This document shows, piece after piece, positions 1 to 10,700 of a stretch of 64,000 nucleotides of DNA. The stretch lies in the IMG/VR virus record IMGVR_UViG_3300015371_000022, one strand, 5' to 3'. This DNA comes from an uncultured virus (IMG/VR IMGVR_UViG_3300015371_000022). Its lineage: Duplodnaviria; Heunggongvirae; Uroviricota; Caudoviricetes. Every line of letters starts with the position of its first letter. The first letter of the stretch is position 1. The translations under genes and the position numbers were made by a program. The notes beneath the pieces were generated by a model, which was given only the letters and a program-made list of their open reading frames with translations, was not told where the DNA came from and made no database searches.

Positions 1-854
1 TCCGGCGGCGGCGGCGGTGGCGGCGGTGGCGGTTCGTCTTTCGGCTTCTCGGGTTTGCCGGGTTTGCTAGTCGGTGGACGAGGTTCGGCCGGCGCTCGCG
101 GTTGCTGCTGTCCACCGCCACCACCAGTACCCTTGGGTGGCTGTTGCTGTCCGCCACCGCCTTGCGGTGGCTGCGCACCCTTGTCACCACCGCCACCGCC
201 GCCACCGCCGCCGCGCGCCGGATCGGTGGTCTGACTCTGGCTCGACTGCTCGCTGTGGCTCTCCTGGGTGTGCTGCGAGTACGAGGTATTGCCGAGCGGC
301 GGATACTTCAGCGACATGCCGGTACCCAGCAAAGCATTCATCGCCTTGGCAGCTTCGTAGCCGACCTGGGTATTCTGCAGCGAGGCCGAGATTGCCTGGT
401 TGCGCATGGCGTTGCCGGCAGCCTCGTCGGCCATGCGCTGCTGGTTGCCGGCTCCAGCCGCGGATGCCGATGACATCACCCGGTTGGCCTGGTCGAGCGC
501 CGCGTAGCGACCACTCGAGGGATCAATGCCATAGCTCTCGAGATCGCGGATCGCCGACAGCCGGCCCTTCTCGGCCGCCTGCTGCACACCGGACTCGGCC
601 ATGCCCATGTCGACCGCGATCCGCTGTGGGCTCGCGTAGGACAGGGCGTCCCGCATCAGGTTGTCGATGTTGCCCTGATTGCGGTTAAACTGGTCCATCC
701 CCCACTGGTAAACGGCAGGAGCCTGGTCGAAGGCATACTGGGCAATGGCCTGGAGGAGTGGGGCCTGCGGATAATCCGGGATGTAGGTCTGGGATTGGCT
801 GGTACCCTGGCCTGAACTGTCGCTGTGGCCGGAGGAAGAACTGGTCGATGCCAT
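1..854 (-). CDS. Putative internal virion / DNA-ejection protein (runs off the left edge; absent from ORF track)
   Basis: ATG at 854 (MASTSSSSGHSDSSGQGTSQSQTYIPDYPQ...GIDPSSGRYAALDQA...), open to the window edge; Ala/Gln/Gly-rich then Pro-rich; lies downstream of a TTAA-N7-TTAA promoter. Confidence 0.65.
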   Translation of the reverse strand, partial: MASTSSSSGHSDSSGQGTSQSQTYIPDYPQAPLLQAIAQYAFDQAPAVYQWGMDQFNRNQGNIDNLMRDALSYASPQRIAVDMGMAESGVQQAAEKGRLSAIRDLESYGIDPSSGRYAALDQANRVMSSASAAGAGNQQRMADEAAGNAMRNQAISASLQNTQVGYEAAKAMNALLGTGMSLKYPPLGNTSYSQHTQESHSEQSSQSQTTDPARGGGGGGGGGDKGAQPPQGGGGQQQPPKGTGGGGGQQQPRAPAEPRPPTSKPGKPEKPKDEPPPPPPPPPP

Positions 855-897
855 CGCTAAGGCCCTGGAAAAAGACTGGATTCTCCCAGCCTCTTCC

Positions 898-930
898 GGA
901 CTATCAGCAAAGGCTTAAGAAATGCTTAAG
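898..930 (-). promoter_or_regulatory. CtrA-type late promoter 1
   Basis: cttaagaaatgcttaag at 914-930 (TTAA-N7-TTAA); on the minus strand 10 nt then TAGTCC (903-898). Confidence 0.75.
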
Positions 931-1993
931 ATTGCTTCTTGGGACGCGGGCCGACGCAGATCGGATTGACCTGGTTGTGCTGCCCCATGGTGACCTTCTT
1001 CCACTGCAGGCCATCTTCCGACCAGGCCAGCGTAGTCGTTGCACTACCCGTGCCACTGCCGCCGCCGACCACGAACACGTAGTAGCCGTAGCCGATGGCA
1101 ATCGAGCGCGTGACCCCGGTATTGACGATTTGCGGTTCGACTGTGTTGTCGCCGACCACTTTCACCTCGACGGTGGCATCGCCGTGGTCGCCGCCTTCAG
1201 GAAAATAATGGTACGGCTTGATCTCGACCGAAATCGTTTGACCTTTAAACTTCCCCTTCTTCACTTTGCCGGCAGCAACGTTACGAAGCCCATCTCGAAA
1301 AATAATCTTATCACCTTGTTTATCGCCGCCACTGCCGGGAGCTGCCATCGGTGCCGGCACCAGCAACTGTCTTTGCACCGGCACCAAGCGTGAATCCGGA
1401 CCGGTTACAAACCGTGCAGCCGGTGAAATCCCAAACCCTGATTCAATCTCGGCAGTGCGAACGGCAGTGGACGTGCTACCGTGATAGTTCTTCGGCTGCC
1501 ACTCGCGGCCGTTCGGACTGCGAAAAGTATCGCTGTGCCAATCGGGAAAATTGAACTGACTCTGTATAAAAATTTGGTTGCCAGCATCGATAACAGCTCC
1601 CTCACAGGCGTGCCGTTCATCGAACACCGTCTTGTTGTCGACCGGAAAGTCCGTACCGGTGTCGGTGTAGCAAGCACAGGATCCGCATTGTGTTCTGCTG
1701 GTGCCGCCCATCATCATCCAGACTGGATGGTTGCCCTCCTGCAAGCCCTCGCGCAGCCAGCACCCACCGTAAAGCGGTCCGATCCCCTGCCCATTCGGCC
1801 GATAGAGATCGGTACCCTTCCAGTGCTTGCCATCTTCCGATGTGCATGCAAAACCACGATTGTCTGTCGGTATGCCGTTGGTGATGTTGACGCAACCAGT
1901 GCCTGCGACCCAGTACACCTTGGGCTCGGTCTCCCAGTTGACGTCGACGACTCGCTGAAAGAAGTCTTCCTTGAACAGGACGTCCCCGGGCAT
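926..1993 (-). CDS. Hypothetical virion-associated beta-rich protein
   Basis: 355 aa ORF in the structural operon; three BNR/Asp-box-like S-x-(D/N)-G-x-x-W motifs (SEDGKHW, SPNGREW, SEDGLQW). Confidence 0.6.
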   Translation of the reverse strand: MPGDVLFKEDFFQRVVDVNWETEPKVYWVAGTGCVNITNGIPTDNRGFACTSEDGKHWKGTDLYRPNGQGIGPLYGGCWLREGLQEGNHPVWMMMGGTSRTQCGSCACYTDTGTDFPVDNKTVFDERHACEGAVIDAGNQIFIQSQFNFPDWHSDTFRSPNGREWQPKNYHGSTSTAVRTAEIESGFGISPAARFVTGPDSRLVPVQRQLLVPAPMAAPGSGGDKQGDKIIFRDGLRNVAAGKVKKGKFKGQTISVEIKPYHYFPEGGDHGDATVEVKVVGDNTVEPQIVNTGVTRSIAIGYGYYVFVVGGGSGTGSATTTLAWSEDGLQWKKVTMGQHNQVNPICVGPRPKKQS

Positions 1994-1996
1994 TGC

Positions 1997-2479
1997 CTAG
2001 CCCAGCGGATTGGCCGTCGGGAACAACGGCTCGGTGCCGGGTGCATCGAGCGCCTTGTAATATTGCCAGACAAACTGCGGCTCTTCATGCACGACGTTCT
2101 CGTAGCTGACAGCATGCTCGCGTTGTACCCATAACCGACTGTTCTTATCCAGATTGCCACCCTTTTCATGATGGTAGATGAATCCCTTCTCCATCTCCTT
2201 GTCGCTCAAACGCCAGGCCGGATACTCCGCGTTGTAAGTGTCGCCTTCCGCCTTGGCGAAACCTTGCTTGGGCGCATGCAAATTATTGACCACCAGGCTC
2301 GAGGTGTACTGCCGCAGCACGTCACGCATGAGGTTGACGGTGCGAATGAGCGACGGCAGATCGGTCGCCAACGGGATGATCGGCACGCGCGTCGGCAGTG
2401 GCTGGCTTTGGTTGCCGCGGAACAGCGAACGATAATACGGATTCTGTCCGAAGCTAACCGGACAAGACGGTGCGGTCAT
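1997..2479 (-). CDS. Tail-associated protein, paralog C of a tandem trio
   Basis: MTAPSCPVS...DLPSLIRTVNLMRDVLRQ...VVNN, shared with the two upstream genes. Confidence 0.65.
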   Translation of the reverse strand: MTAPSCPVSFGQNPYYRSLFRGNQSQPLPTRVPIIPLATDLPSLIRTVNLMRDVLRQYTSSLVVNNLHAPKQGFAKAEGDTYNAEYPAWRLSDKEMEKGFIYHHEKGGNLDKNSRLWVQREHAVSYENVVHEEPQFVWQYYKALDAPGTEPLFPTANPLG

Positions 2480-2958
2480 CCGCCACCTCCACCAACTGGT
2501 TCTCCTCCCCTGGTGCCGTCATCCTCCCAGATCAGATGCGTCTTCCACGCCTTGTCGTACCACACCATTCGCATGATGCGTTCCACGGTGATGTAGACTT
2601 CTTTGTCGTCCTTGCCGTCTTCGTCCTTGCCGTAGAACTTGAACTTCTTTTTCACCCGCTTATCCTTCTGCTCCGACCAGCGCGCGGTCTTGGTCTTCAC
2701 CTTGTCCTTGGCCACCGACACCCGTCCTGTCGGCATCTGCTGAATATTGTTGATCACGCGGTTGTTGGACAACTGGGTCACGATCGAGCGCGCAATGTTG
2801 GCTACCAGGATCGCTGTCTGCAGATCGTTCGGCGGCACGCGAGGAATCGCCGGACGAATGAAGGTCGGCCGGTTGAACAAATGCGCCTGCCGTGGCCCGG
2901 TCGAAGAGTCAGTGCTGATCGGACAGGTCGGTGCGACTTCACTGAAATAGATCGGCGT
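2476..2958 (-). CDS. Tail-associated protein, paralog B (probable ACG start)
   Basis: APTCPIS...DLQTAILVANIARSIVTQL...VINN; GGGAG 5 nt before ACG at 2958; the ORF-track start at 3129 lies inside the previous gene. Confidence 0.55.
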   Translation of the reverse strand, partial: TPIYFSEVAPTCPISTDSSTGPRQAHLFNRPTFIRPAIPRVPPNDLQTAILVANIARSIVTQLSNNRVINNIQQMPTGRVSVAKDKVKTKTARWSEQKDKRVKKKFKFYGKDEDGKDDKEVYITVERIMRMVWYDKAWKTHLIWEDDGTRGGEPVGGGGG

Positions 2959-2959
2959 G

Positions 2960-3403
2960 TTAGCTCCCGCTCCCCCGTCGACCGGAGCCTTCTCCGTAGT
3001 ATTCGAGGCTCTCGCCCACGGTGGTGTTGATGAAAGAGACTGTCTCGAGTGTTGGGATTTCGATATACTGGTCGTTGTCGTCCGGATTGATCGCCTTCTG
3101 CGTGATGTAAGTTCGGCTCTCCAGCACATAATCGGAAGGGCCGTACTTCTGACCGAATTGCTGGCCCGTCACGATCACGCCGCCACCACCCTCGCCGTAG
3201 GGCCAGAGGTTGTTCACCTGTGGCTCGGCGCGGTTGAGCTGGGTGATGATGTTGTTCATGGCATTGAGCAACGTGATCACCGATGGCAGGTCGTGCGCCC
3301 GCGGCAGGCGGTTGACCTGGTCGAGGATCCGTTCCATCGGCGACCACACTCGAGCGGTGGGATTGGCTTGACCGATGCTGATGGGACAGGAGGGTGCGGT
3401 CAT
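2960..3403 (-). CDS. Tail-associated protein, paralog A
   Basis: MTAPSCPIS...DLPSVITLLNAMNNIITQL...QVNN; ATGA overlap with the nozzle gene. Confidence 0.65.
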   Translation of the reverse strand: MTAPSCPISIGQANPTARVWSPMERILDQVNRLPRAHDLPSVITLLNAMNNIITQLNRAEPQVNNLWPYGEGGGGVIVTGQQFGQKYGPSDYVLESRTYITQKAINPDDNDQYIEIPTLETVSFINTTVGESLEYYGEGSGRRGSGS

Positions 3404-5715
3404 ACGAGTGCAAGCTCCTTCACCGTGGTGGCAACCTGCATGTTAGAGATGATCACTCGACCCTCGAGCTCGAACTGCCACTGTTCGCCTTTTGCACCGG
3501 AAAAGATCCGCAACAGTTCACCGGATGTCCGGATCTCGCGCGTGGTCCACAGCTTGCCATCGAGATAGACCCGCACGATGCCGTATTGCTGATCTCCAAG
3601 TTCTGTCTGTGGAAAGGTTACATCCCGCGCCAGCTGCGGCGGCGTGGTGTCCGGGACTTCAAAGAAGATCCGCATGGCCGCGAAGTTGCGCTTGGCCATT
3701 TGTTGGTAGGTTTTCGATCGCCAGACGTAAGGAACGATGATGGGATGCTGGTCGGTGAAATCGTAATAATAAACTCCACCATCCTGTACCAGGAGACAGA
3801 TACCGGTCCAGGCATCGAGTTCAACATTGAGGATATCAAACCCATTGGGCGTGCTCAGATTGTCGTAGCCGAGCCTATGACCTCCTGCCTGTGGCCAAAT
3901 CGTAAATGAGGTTTTGTCTTCGCTCGAGAGCTCGACCGTGTAACCGCGCCGGATCGGTCCGTCGGCAGCATCGGCTCCGAAAGCGAAATAGCTCGAGGTG
4001 TGTTTGACCGCACGCACCTTGTGCTGCGGCGTGAGCTTTTGCCACTTCTCTCGAGAGATCCAGCCCTCGGTAGTGTTGAGACCAGCACCGGACTGGGAGA
4101 TCTGGATCAAGCCGTTCTGCGAGACGTAGAGCACCGCAGTGTCGGTCGCGACGATCGATGCCCTGAATAGACATGGCTCGGGAAGATTGATCTTGGTGAC
4201 AGCCATGGCAGCAGGATTAACGCCGTTGATGAGGTAAGGCGTGCCCTGGGTAGCAACCACGACCGACTGTCCGCACACCCCGATGCCGACGATGGGAAAC
4301 TCGGTGGTCAGCACATAACCTGGCGGCCAAGCATGCGGCCGATAAGCCTCGCTGAACCAGACCTCGTTGGCCCGGAAGCCCACTGCAATGCCATTAGGGA
4401 ACGCCTGGATGGTCTGCAGATCCTCGGGCGGGCCGAACCAGTAGAGCGAGAGTAGCTGACTGTTCAGCGCCACCGTGTCATCAGGGATGATGTCGACATA
4501 GACCCCTTGCTCGACCGGAATCTCGGCCACCAGGAAGTACGTCCCCAAGCCAGTCTGGCTCGAGACGGTGCGATAGATGCGCGTGAACTTGATGTTGCGG
4601 TCAGCCGGCAGCATCACTCCGGTCGGGTTGCCGTCAGCATCGAGCTCGGGATAATCCGCCCCCATATTCTCCGGCATCGGCTGGAACAGCGTGACCGTCC
4701 AAGTACCGTTCGACCAGCCGTTGACAATCACCGGATCCGACGGTGGACCTTCCTCGCCATACTCCGTCACCCAGGTGTAGACGTAACCGCGCGCTTCGAA
4801 GATCGACGCGCCCAACAGGTTGCCCCAGATCTGAAACGTCTTCAGCAGCTGGACGTCACCCGTGTTGAGCGGGTCGGGTGGAGAGTTGGAGAACGTCGCC
4901 GCATAACCGGCACTGCGCTGGATGTTGTCGACGTTCGCCATGAAATAAGCCTGGTCGGTCGCGATCCCCAGCCAGTAAGTCTGGTTGGAAATGACCGATA
5001 CCGGGTTGGCCAGCGCCGCCGTCCCGGTCAACGCCGAAGGATCCATCAACGTCGGCGCGCTCGAGCCCAAGAGCTCGTAAGGCCTGCCGTTGAGATCGCT
5101 GTAGACGGCTCCGTAGAAATACATCGGCGACGAATAGCCGGTCGGATTGAACGAAATGCTCTGCACCAGCATCGAGCCGGTCGGCACGATCGGCACGAAG
5201 GTGAGATGGTGACCAGGAACGTACAGACTGCCGATCGTGGTCAGTGGATCGACGTTGGGAAAGCCCACCTGAACCGTGTCACCGCCGCCAGTCACAGACA
5301 CGCCAGGTGGGCACCCGGACGCTGGAACGCCCAGGATCCAGTCATGCTCGTCGTTATAGATGCGATCGTAGGTGTTGTAGCGCGGAACGGTCGACGGACT
5401 GGCGTAGTAAAACCGATCATACTGATCCTGCACCACGGGCGAGCGCATCACCGCAGTGTCAGGATCGAGAAACTCGAGCCACTTGGAATCGTCGGCCGTG
5501 ATCACCGTGTTGTTGGTAATCTTGTTTGGCACCCGGTAGACAAACTGTGCCGCGGTGTTCTTGAGATCCCGCAATCGCTTGGGTTGTCGCCAGCCGATGA
5601 GAGCGCCGCTGAACAAATAACAGTCGCGGGAATAGTCCGCCTGCCCGTCAGGCAGCAGGCGACTGTCCCAGGCCGGGAGCATGCCGCCATATTTGTCCAG
5701 CTTCAGTGCGCTCAT
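3400..5715 (-). CDS. Podovirus tail nozzle / packaged-DNA stabilization protein
   Basis: 771 aa; YVYTWVTEYGEEGPPS, RIYRT, VWFSEAYRPHAWP and YVWRSKTY motifs typical of short-tail nozzle proteins; position in the tail cluster. Confidence 0.7.
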   Translation of the reverse strand: MSALKLDKYGGMLPAWDSRLLPDGQADYSRDCYLFSGALIGWRQPKRLRDLKNTAAQFVYRVPNKITNNTVITADDSKWLEFLDPDTAVMRSPVVQDQYDRFYYASPSTVPRYNTYDRIYNDEHDWILGVPASGCPPGVSVTGGGDTVQVGFPNVDPLTTIGSLYVPGHHLTFVPIVPTGSMLVQSISFNPTGYSSPMYFYGAVYSDLNGRPYELLGSSAPTLMDPSALTGTAALANPVSVISNQTYWLGIATDQAYFMANVDNIQRSAGYAATFSNSPPDPLNTGDVQLLKTFQIWGNLLGASIFEARGYVYTWVTEYGEEGPPSDPVIVNGWSNGTWTVTLFQPMPENMGADYPELDADGNPTGVMLPADRNIKFTRIYRTVSSQTGLGTYFLVAEIPVEQGVYVDIIPDDTVALNSQLLSLYWFGPPEDLQTIQAFPNGIAVGFRANEVWFSEAYRPHAWPPGYVLTTEFPIVGIGVCGQSVVVATQGTPYLINGVNPAAMAVTKINLPEPCLFRASIVATDTAVLYVSQNGLIQISQSGAGLNTTEGWISREKWQKLTPQHKVRAVKHTSSYFAFGADAADGPIRRGYTVELSSEDKTSFTIWPQAGGHRLGYDNLSTPNGFDILNVELDAWTGICLLVQDGGVYYYDFTDQHPIIVPYVWRSKTYQQMAKRNFAAMRIFFEVPDTTPPQLARDVTFPQTELGDQQYGIVRVYLDGKLWTTREIRTSGELLRIFSGAKGEQWQFELEGRVIISNMQVATTVKELALV

Positions 5716-6278
5716 CTAATCCACTTGCGTTGCTCCGGCTCGTTGGGACGATGTACCGTCTCCATCGAACCCAGCCGTTGCCGTTCCTCTTCCTCGTATT
5801 TACGCCTTAGCTCGCGATTGCGTTCGGCTTCCGCCTCTGCTCGAGCGACGGCCGCACGACCAGCTTCCTGCTCAACATTCAATCGTTCCAACTGATCCGG
5901 AGTGTAGCCGATCGGCTCCACTTCTTTTGGCTTCTCGTTGCGCATGTCGCGAATGCGCTGCAGCAGATGCTCGCGCATGTCGCCGGTAGAGACCTCTTTC
6001 ACGAGCGCCACCTGCCGCTGCGTCTCAGCATCTTCTACGGCATCCTCAGCCGCCTTTTGCTTCACGGCCGCATCGGCATCGACGCGCTCGATCTTGTTCA
6101 TGGCGACCTCATGCTGCCGCTGTCGCTCGGCAGCCTCAACCTTGGCCTCCGCGGACTGCTCACGCTCGAGCCGCTCGGACTCCTCCCGGATCTGAAGCGC
6201 ACGCTCTTCGGCCGTGATGATCGGCTTTCTCGGTCGCCCGGGCTTACGCTTTTCGGTCTCTGGCGTCTCGTTCTGCAT
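5712..6278 (-). CDS. Hypothetical charged coiled-coil protein
   Basis: 188 aa E/R/K-rich, N-terminal KRKPGRPRK; coupled to neighbours. Confidence 0.55.
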   Translation of the reverse strand: MQNETPETEKRKPGRPRKPIITAEERALQIREESERLEREQSAEAKVEAAERQRQHEVAMNKIERVDADAAVKQKAAEDAVEDAETQRQVALVKEVSTGDMREHLLQRIRDMRNEKPKEVEPIGYTPDQLERLNVEQEAGRAAVARAEAEAERNRELRRKYEEEERQRLGSMETVHRPNEPEQRKWIR

Positions 6279-6522
6279 TGGTTACGGCCTCCTTGCCTGC
6301 TTTCTGCTCTCGCTCGAGTTCTTCCTGCGCTTCCTTGGTCACCCGGCCGGGAGGGCCGGCATCGATCAGATTCTGCTGCATCTCGGGCAGCTTCTGCGAC
6401 TGCTCCTGCGCCTTCGGATCGAGCGCGTTCCCGCCCGATACCGACTCGTGGGACTTGGCAACCTTCATCCCCTCTCGCGGCGGAGCGTGAACCTTCTCTT
6501 CTTCATACGACTTCTTGGCCAT
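6244..6522 (-). CDS. Hypothetical protein
   Basis: 92 aa with GAGGA RBS; co-oriented. Confidence 0.55.
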   Translation of the reverse strand: MAKKSYEEEKVHAPPREGMKVAKSHESVSGGNALDPKAQEQSQKLPEMQQNLIDAGPPGRVTKEAQEELEREQKAGKEAVTNAERDARDRKA

Positions 6523-6531
6523 GAGTTCCTC

Positions 6532-6921
6532 CTATGGCGCTACCACGATGAACTTGAGGGTGTCGGTCTTCACGTTGCCCAGACTGTCGGTCATGGTCAT
6601 CAGCAACGTGACCCGCTCGCCGGTCGTTCCACCACTGAGCTTGAATACCACGTCGGTGCCCAGGATGACCGGAGTATCAACCGTACAATCGACCGAATCC
6701 GACGAAATGTCGACCGACGCGATGGTCGCCGTGTTGTCCAGCCAGCGATCGTACTGAACGGTCCACTGTCTGGTGTCACCTGCAGTATGCTGCTTGCTGG
6801 ATACGAGCATGGTGTCCAACACCTTTATCTTCCGCCACTCCGGCGGCACCGTGATGGTACGCGATTCTTCCGGGATGATCAGCACCCGGTCTTCAGCAGG
6901 GATGACGATGACATCGCTCAC
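6532..6921 (-). CDS. Putative fibre-attachment adaptor (Ig-like)
   Basis: GTG at 6921 overlapping the fibre stop; W-x-x-x-Y-x-x-WL ... LSGGTTG...T..G...TDT pattern of small phage adaptors. Confidence 0.5.
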   Translation of the reverse strand: MSDVIVIPAEDRVLIIPEESRTITVPPEWRKIKVLDTMLVSSKQHTAGDTRQWTVQYDRWLDNTATIASVDISSDSVDCTVDTPVILGTDVVFKLSGGTTGERVTLLMTMTDSLGNVKTDTLKFIVVAP

Positions 6922-8507
6922 ATGCGGGCTCCCCAGAACCACGTCTGCTGACTGGCGTAAACAGTCGCATTCGACGCGCCGTTATGGAGAAAGTAGCACT
7001 CGTAGTAGTCGGTGCCATTGGCAACGTCGATAGTCTGCACGCTGACGTTGCTGATGGTGACCGAACCAGTATTCGTCACAGCGTAATTGAGCAGCGCGCC
7101 GTTCTTGTAGATGCAAACATTGATGTTAACACCCGCCGCACCAGCACCGGCATAGAGCGTGGCACCGATCATCACGCGACCCGCAGGGGGCGTCCAACGG
7201 TTGTTGGTGGTGTTGAAGTTGCTGCCGACATTGGTGCCCGCAGTGTTGAACGTCACCTTGGTGAAAGAACTTGGTACGATGCCGGTCTGATCGGCACTGA
7301 GCGTGGCTTTGAAAGTCGACTGTCCCTGGAACTGGACGTTGCCATCGGACCCAATCGACATTCGCAACGTCATCGCACCGCCGGACGGGCGGGTCGAAAA
7401 TTCCAGACGACCGCTTACCACACCGCTGGCAACTGCATCGACCTTGGATGCTATCTGTGCGCCTACAGTAGTGGCAGTACCGGTATCCCCACTGAAATTG
7501 ACATTACCAAGCACGTCATCAGTCTGCACCGCTGCACGGGTGCCGATGGCTCCACCACGCGATTTGGCAAGATACAAAGCCGGACTGGTAGTAGCGTCAG
7601 CATTCCAGTGCTCGATCAGAACGGCACTGGCGGCACCACCACTGCGTTGAAATTGGACTGGATAGGTAGAAGAAGATTCTGGATATGTGGTGTTGCCTTG
7701 CAGAAGAGTCCCAGTCACCTGCAAAGCGCCGGAGATCGTGTCACCGCCAGATTTACCCACATAATAAAGGTCTACCCAGGCACACGTTGAAATTTGAGCA
7801 CTGGTGTTACCTGATCCTGGGTCTGTTGAAGTCGGAACGCCAGTAAATGCCGGTGAATTAATCGGCGCAGCGCCCAATGCAGTCAGCGCCGTTGCAGGCG
7901 TGATCGCCTCCAGCAAATATGAACCAGTCCAACGCGCGAAGTAGCCGTTGAACTGGCTGCCAACAGCAATGACGTTGCCTTCGTAGAATACATACCACGT
8001 ACTGTTAGTATACCTGTTATCCGTCAGCACCAATTTGGCAGAAGATTTATACGGCAGCGTTGCGATCAACGCTGCGCCATCAACACTATAGATTTGATAA
8101 ATGCATGCTGTATTGATGGATGTGTTGTTGAATGCAATCGGCTGTCCAATCGGAGGTGCCCTCGGGCTCATCGCCGATGGCAGATAAATCTTGTAGGTCG
8201 CAGCACCACCGTTGGCGAGATCGTTTATCGACCTAAGCGGATTGGTCAAAGTCACATCAGCGTTAACATTCTTACTTTGATATCCGCCAGCCCAGTAACT
8301 ATTGGCGTACATATCCAACTCAACGCCCAACGCCACCAACGTCGCCACAACCTTCGGCGTGTTGCCACCATCGGCAGCGAGCCACGCCGTATAAGTCGTA
8401 TTGGAAACAGGAACCCAGCCCTCGTCACGCGCAGAATAAACCTGCGTACCGTGATTAGTGTCGATAACGTCCCAGTACCATCGCAGTGGGTCAAATAAGC
8501 TGGCCAT
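6918..8507 (-). CDS. Tail fibre protein with C1q/TNF-like C-terminal tip
   Basis: APINSPAFTGVPT fibre repeat; C-terminal FTKVTFNT...NFNTTNNRWTP...IYKNG...GTDYYECY...TWFWG. Confidence 0.7.
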   Translation of the reverse strand: MASLFDPLRWYWDVIDTNHGTQVYSARDEGWVPVSNTTYTAWLAADGGNTPKVVATLVALGVELDMYANSYWAGGYQSKNVNADVTLTNPLRSINDLANGGAATYKIYLPSAMSPRAPPIGQPIAFNNTSINTACIYQIYSVDGAALIATLPYKSSAKLVLTDNRYTNSTWYVFYEGNVIAVGSQFNGYFARWTGSYLLEAITPATALTALGAAPINSPAFTGVPTSTDPGSGNTSAQISTCAWVDLYYVGKSGGDTISGALQVTGTLLQGNTTYPESSSTYPVQFQRSGGAASAVLIEHWNADATTSPALYLAKSRGGAIGTRAAVQTDDVLGNVNFSGDTGTATTVGAQIASKVDAVASGVVSGRLEFSTRPSGGAMTLRMSIGSDGNVQFQGQSTFKATLSADQTGIVPSSFTKVTFNTAGTNVGSNFNTTNNRWTPPAGRVMIGATLYAGAGAAGVNINVCIYKNGALLNYAVTNTGSVTISNVSVQTIDVANGTDYYECYFLHNGASNATVYASQQTWFWGARM

Positions 8508-9931
8508 CAATTATACCCTCCAGCCCAGGATGCTCCCGCTAGAGTACCAGGGAAAAGATTGACGTTGCCGCCAGTCCCGACAATGAGCGCGTTAGTTGCG
8601 TTGTTGAACTTCGTGCTGAAAGCCGATCCAGCCACACTCGAATAGGTGGTGCCGTTGACCACCAACTCGCCGGAAGTCTCACCATAGGCAAAATAACCGA
8701 ATGTGCGCGTACCGGTGATGGTGACGGACTTGCCGATGTCCTGGATGATGCCCTGGTTGGTGAACTGATAGTGTTGATTGAAGTCGTCATAGACTTCCTG
8801 AGTACCGATCAAGAACACGATGGCTCCGTAATCCGCAAACACATGCGACAGCGCCTTGCCCCAGCGAATATTACCCGCTTGAACGACAGTCGACCCACCG
8901 TAAGCTCGCAACCCACAATAACCGAACGTGTTAGCATTCAGTGTAAACCCGGAAATATTCCACTGCCCGATCACACCTGATGCAGCGGCACAGTCGCCAT
9001 TGGTCGTATTGATAATGACATTCTGTGGGCTGGCGTTGTTGCCCTGAATAGTGATTGGTCCGGCACCGACGTAGCTCTTGAGCGGCATGGCGGTGCCGGT
9101 GACGTTGTAAGTCCCATCCGCCGTGCTGATGGTCACACTGAACGTACTCAGATCGAGCGCACAGGCAGTGTTGATTGCCTTCACATGGGTCGCGAACGCG
9201 GTGCCCGCAGTCAGGCCATTGTTGCTATCGCTGCCAGTCGTGCTGACGTAATAAGTCCTGGGTGCCGTCAGCACCTCGCGCGCGTTGGCCACGCCTGGAC
9301 CGGTCATACCGGTCGGACCTGTCGGTCCTGCACCTCCCACAGAACCCGCTGTACCCTGCGCACCCGTGTTGCCGGTCGGACCTGTCGCCCCCACCCCACC
9401 CGGAGTGCCAGGCGTGCCCGCAGACCCTTGAGCTCCAGTCGATCCAGTAGGACCGGTCGACCCCGTGTTCCCGATTTGTCCACCGCTCCCGGTTGGCCCA
9501 GTTGCGCCTGCGCCAGTCGCGCCAGTCGGTCCCTGCGTCCCGGCACCAATGCCGGTTGGACCCGTAATGCCGGTCGCGCCAGTTGGACCGGTCGAACCGA
9601 TTCCGCTCGGTCCCGTCGATCCGACCGGACCAGTCGCCCCGATCCCAGTCGGTCCAGTAATACTCGGGCCTGTCGCTCCGGTACCTCCCGTCGGTCCGGT
9701 TGACCCAGCCCCCGTCGGACCGGCAGGGCCGCCTGGTCCGGTCGGTCCACCCGGATCGCCAGTCGGTCCAGTCGCGCCCGTTAATGTAGCAAAGCCAGCC
9801 GGTCCAGTGATCCCGGTCGGCCCGGTCGGTCCCGTATTGCCGGTGGTGCCGTCATAGCCAGTCGCGCCGGTATGCCCAGCCAACACGACTGGGAAGGCAT
9901 CGACCGGAGCGGCTGGAATCACCTTCACCAT
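8507..9931 (-). CDS. Collagen-like (G-X-T) fibre with C-terminal beta-helix domain
   Basis: About 190 aa of GPT/GAT/GST triplets, then [24 protein letters not shown] (typical start of a beta-helix tailspike domain). Confidence 0.75.
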   Translation of the reverse strand: MVKVIPAAPVDAFPVVLAGHTGATGYDGTTGNTGPTGPTGITGPAGFATLTGATGPTGDPGGPTGPGGPAGPTGAGSTGPTGGTGATGPSITGPTGIGATGPVGSTGPSGIGSTGPTGATGITGPTGIGAGTQGPTGATGAGATGPTGSGGQIGNTGSTGPTGSTGAQGSAGTPGTPGGVGATGPTGNTGAQGTAGSVGGAGPTGPTGMTGPGVANAREVLTAPRTYYVSTTGSDSNNGLTAGTAFATHVKAINTACALDLSTFSVTISTADGTYNVTGTAMPLKSYVGAGPITIQGNNASPQNVIINTTNGDCAAASGVIGQWNISGFTLNANTFGYCGLRAYGGSTVVQAGNIRWGKALSHVFADYGAIVFLIGTQEVYDDFNQHYQFTNQGIIQDIGKSVTITGTRTFGYFAYGETSGELVVNGTTYSSVAGSAFSTKFNNATNALIVGTGGNVNLFPGTLAGASWAGGYN

Positions 9932-9932
9932 G

Positions 9933-10700
9933 TCAGAGCTCTAGTACCATGACCGACACATCGCTGATGAACGCCTTGCCACCACCGCCTTGCGGATCTT
10001 GAATCGAGAGATCGAGCCAGCACATCTGATTGACTGGAAGTGGTGGATGGCTGACAGGATCGAACTGTCCGTTGAACGGTTGTGGGATCGTCCCCATGAT
10101 GGTGAACGACATCGTGTCGGTCGCGGCGCTGTTGGTCAGCGTCTGCGCTTGTCCCCACACCTTGCCCATAAAAGATGGACGGGTCTCATACGATTGTGCG
10201 GGGTCTTGCACCGAATTCTGATTCCACCGCCCGGTGATGGTGACCTTGCGATTACCCGCGAGCGTGTTGCCGCAAGTGCCGGACACGATCAGCAATAACC
10301 AACCGCTGCCTTCTGGCACGAAATGGTGGGCCATCCCCATCGACGTTTCCACGCTGAAATTGCCATTGAGCATCACCCCAGGCCACAACCGAGAACTAAA
10401 AGAATGCCCGAACGCCCCCACCGGCCCGGTTGGTCCAGTGTCACCGGGAGCACCAGGCGATCCACCCGGACCGGTCAATCCGGTTGGACCTGTAAATGCA
10501 CCTAATCCGGTCGCGCCGGTCGGCCCGGTGCCGAACACGAACGGCCCGGTCGGACCCATTGGTCCGGTCGCACCCGTGACAGCCGCAGATCCTTCCGGTC
10601 CAGTTGGCCCAGTCGGACCACCGGACGGACCTGTCGGTCCGCCGAGCACGACAACCGGCCAAGCCTCGACCGGTGCAGGTGTATTCGATTGCTCGCTCAT
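9933..10700 (-). CDS. Collagen-like protein with globular C-terminal head
   Basis: ATG at 10700 ([17 protein letters not shown]) in ATGA overlap; GPT repeats. Confidence 0.7.
   Translation of the reverse strand: MSEQSNTPAPVEAWPVVVLGGPTGPSGGPTGPTGPEGSAAVTGATGPMGPTGPFVFGTGPTGATGLGAFTGPTGLTGPGGSPGAPGDTGPTGPVGAFGHSFSSRLWPGVMLNGNFSVETSMGMAHHFVPEGSGWLLLIVSGTCGNTLAGNRKVTITGRWNQNSVQDPAQSYETRPSFMGKVWGQAQTLTNSAATDTMSFTIMGTIPQPFNGQFDPVSHPPLPVNQMCWLDLSIQDPQGGGGKAFISDVSVMVLEL

Noticed and set aside
4507..5895. 462-aa plus-strand ORF (similar cases at 26997-28154 and 59748-60830)
   Set aside because: Antisense to clear structural genes; Arg-rich shadow composition
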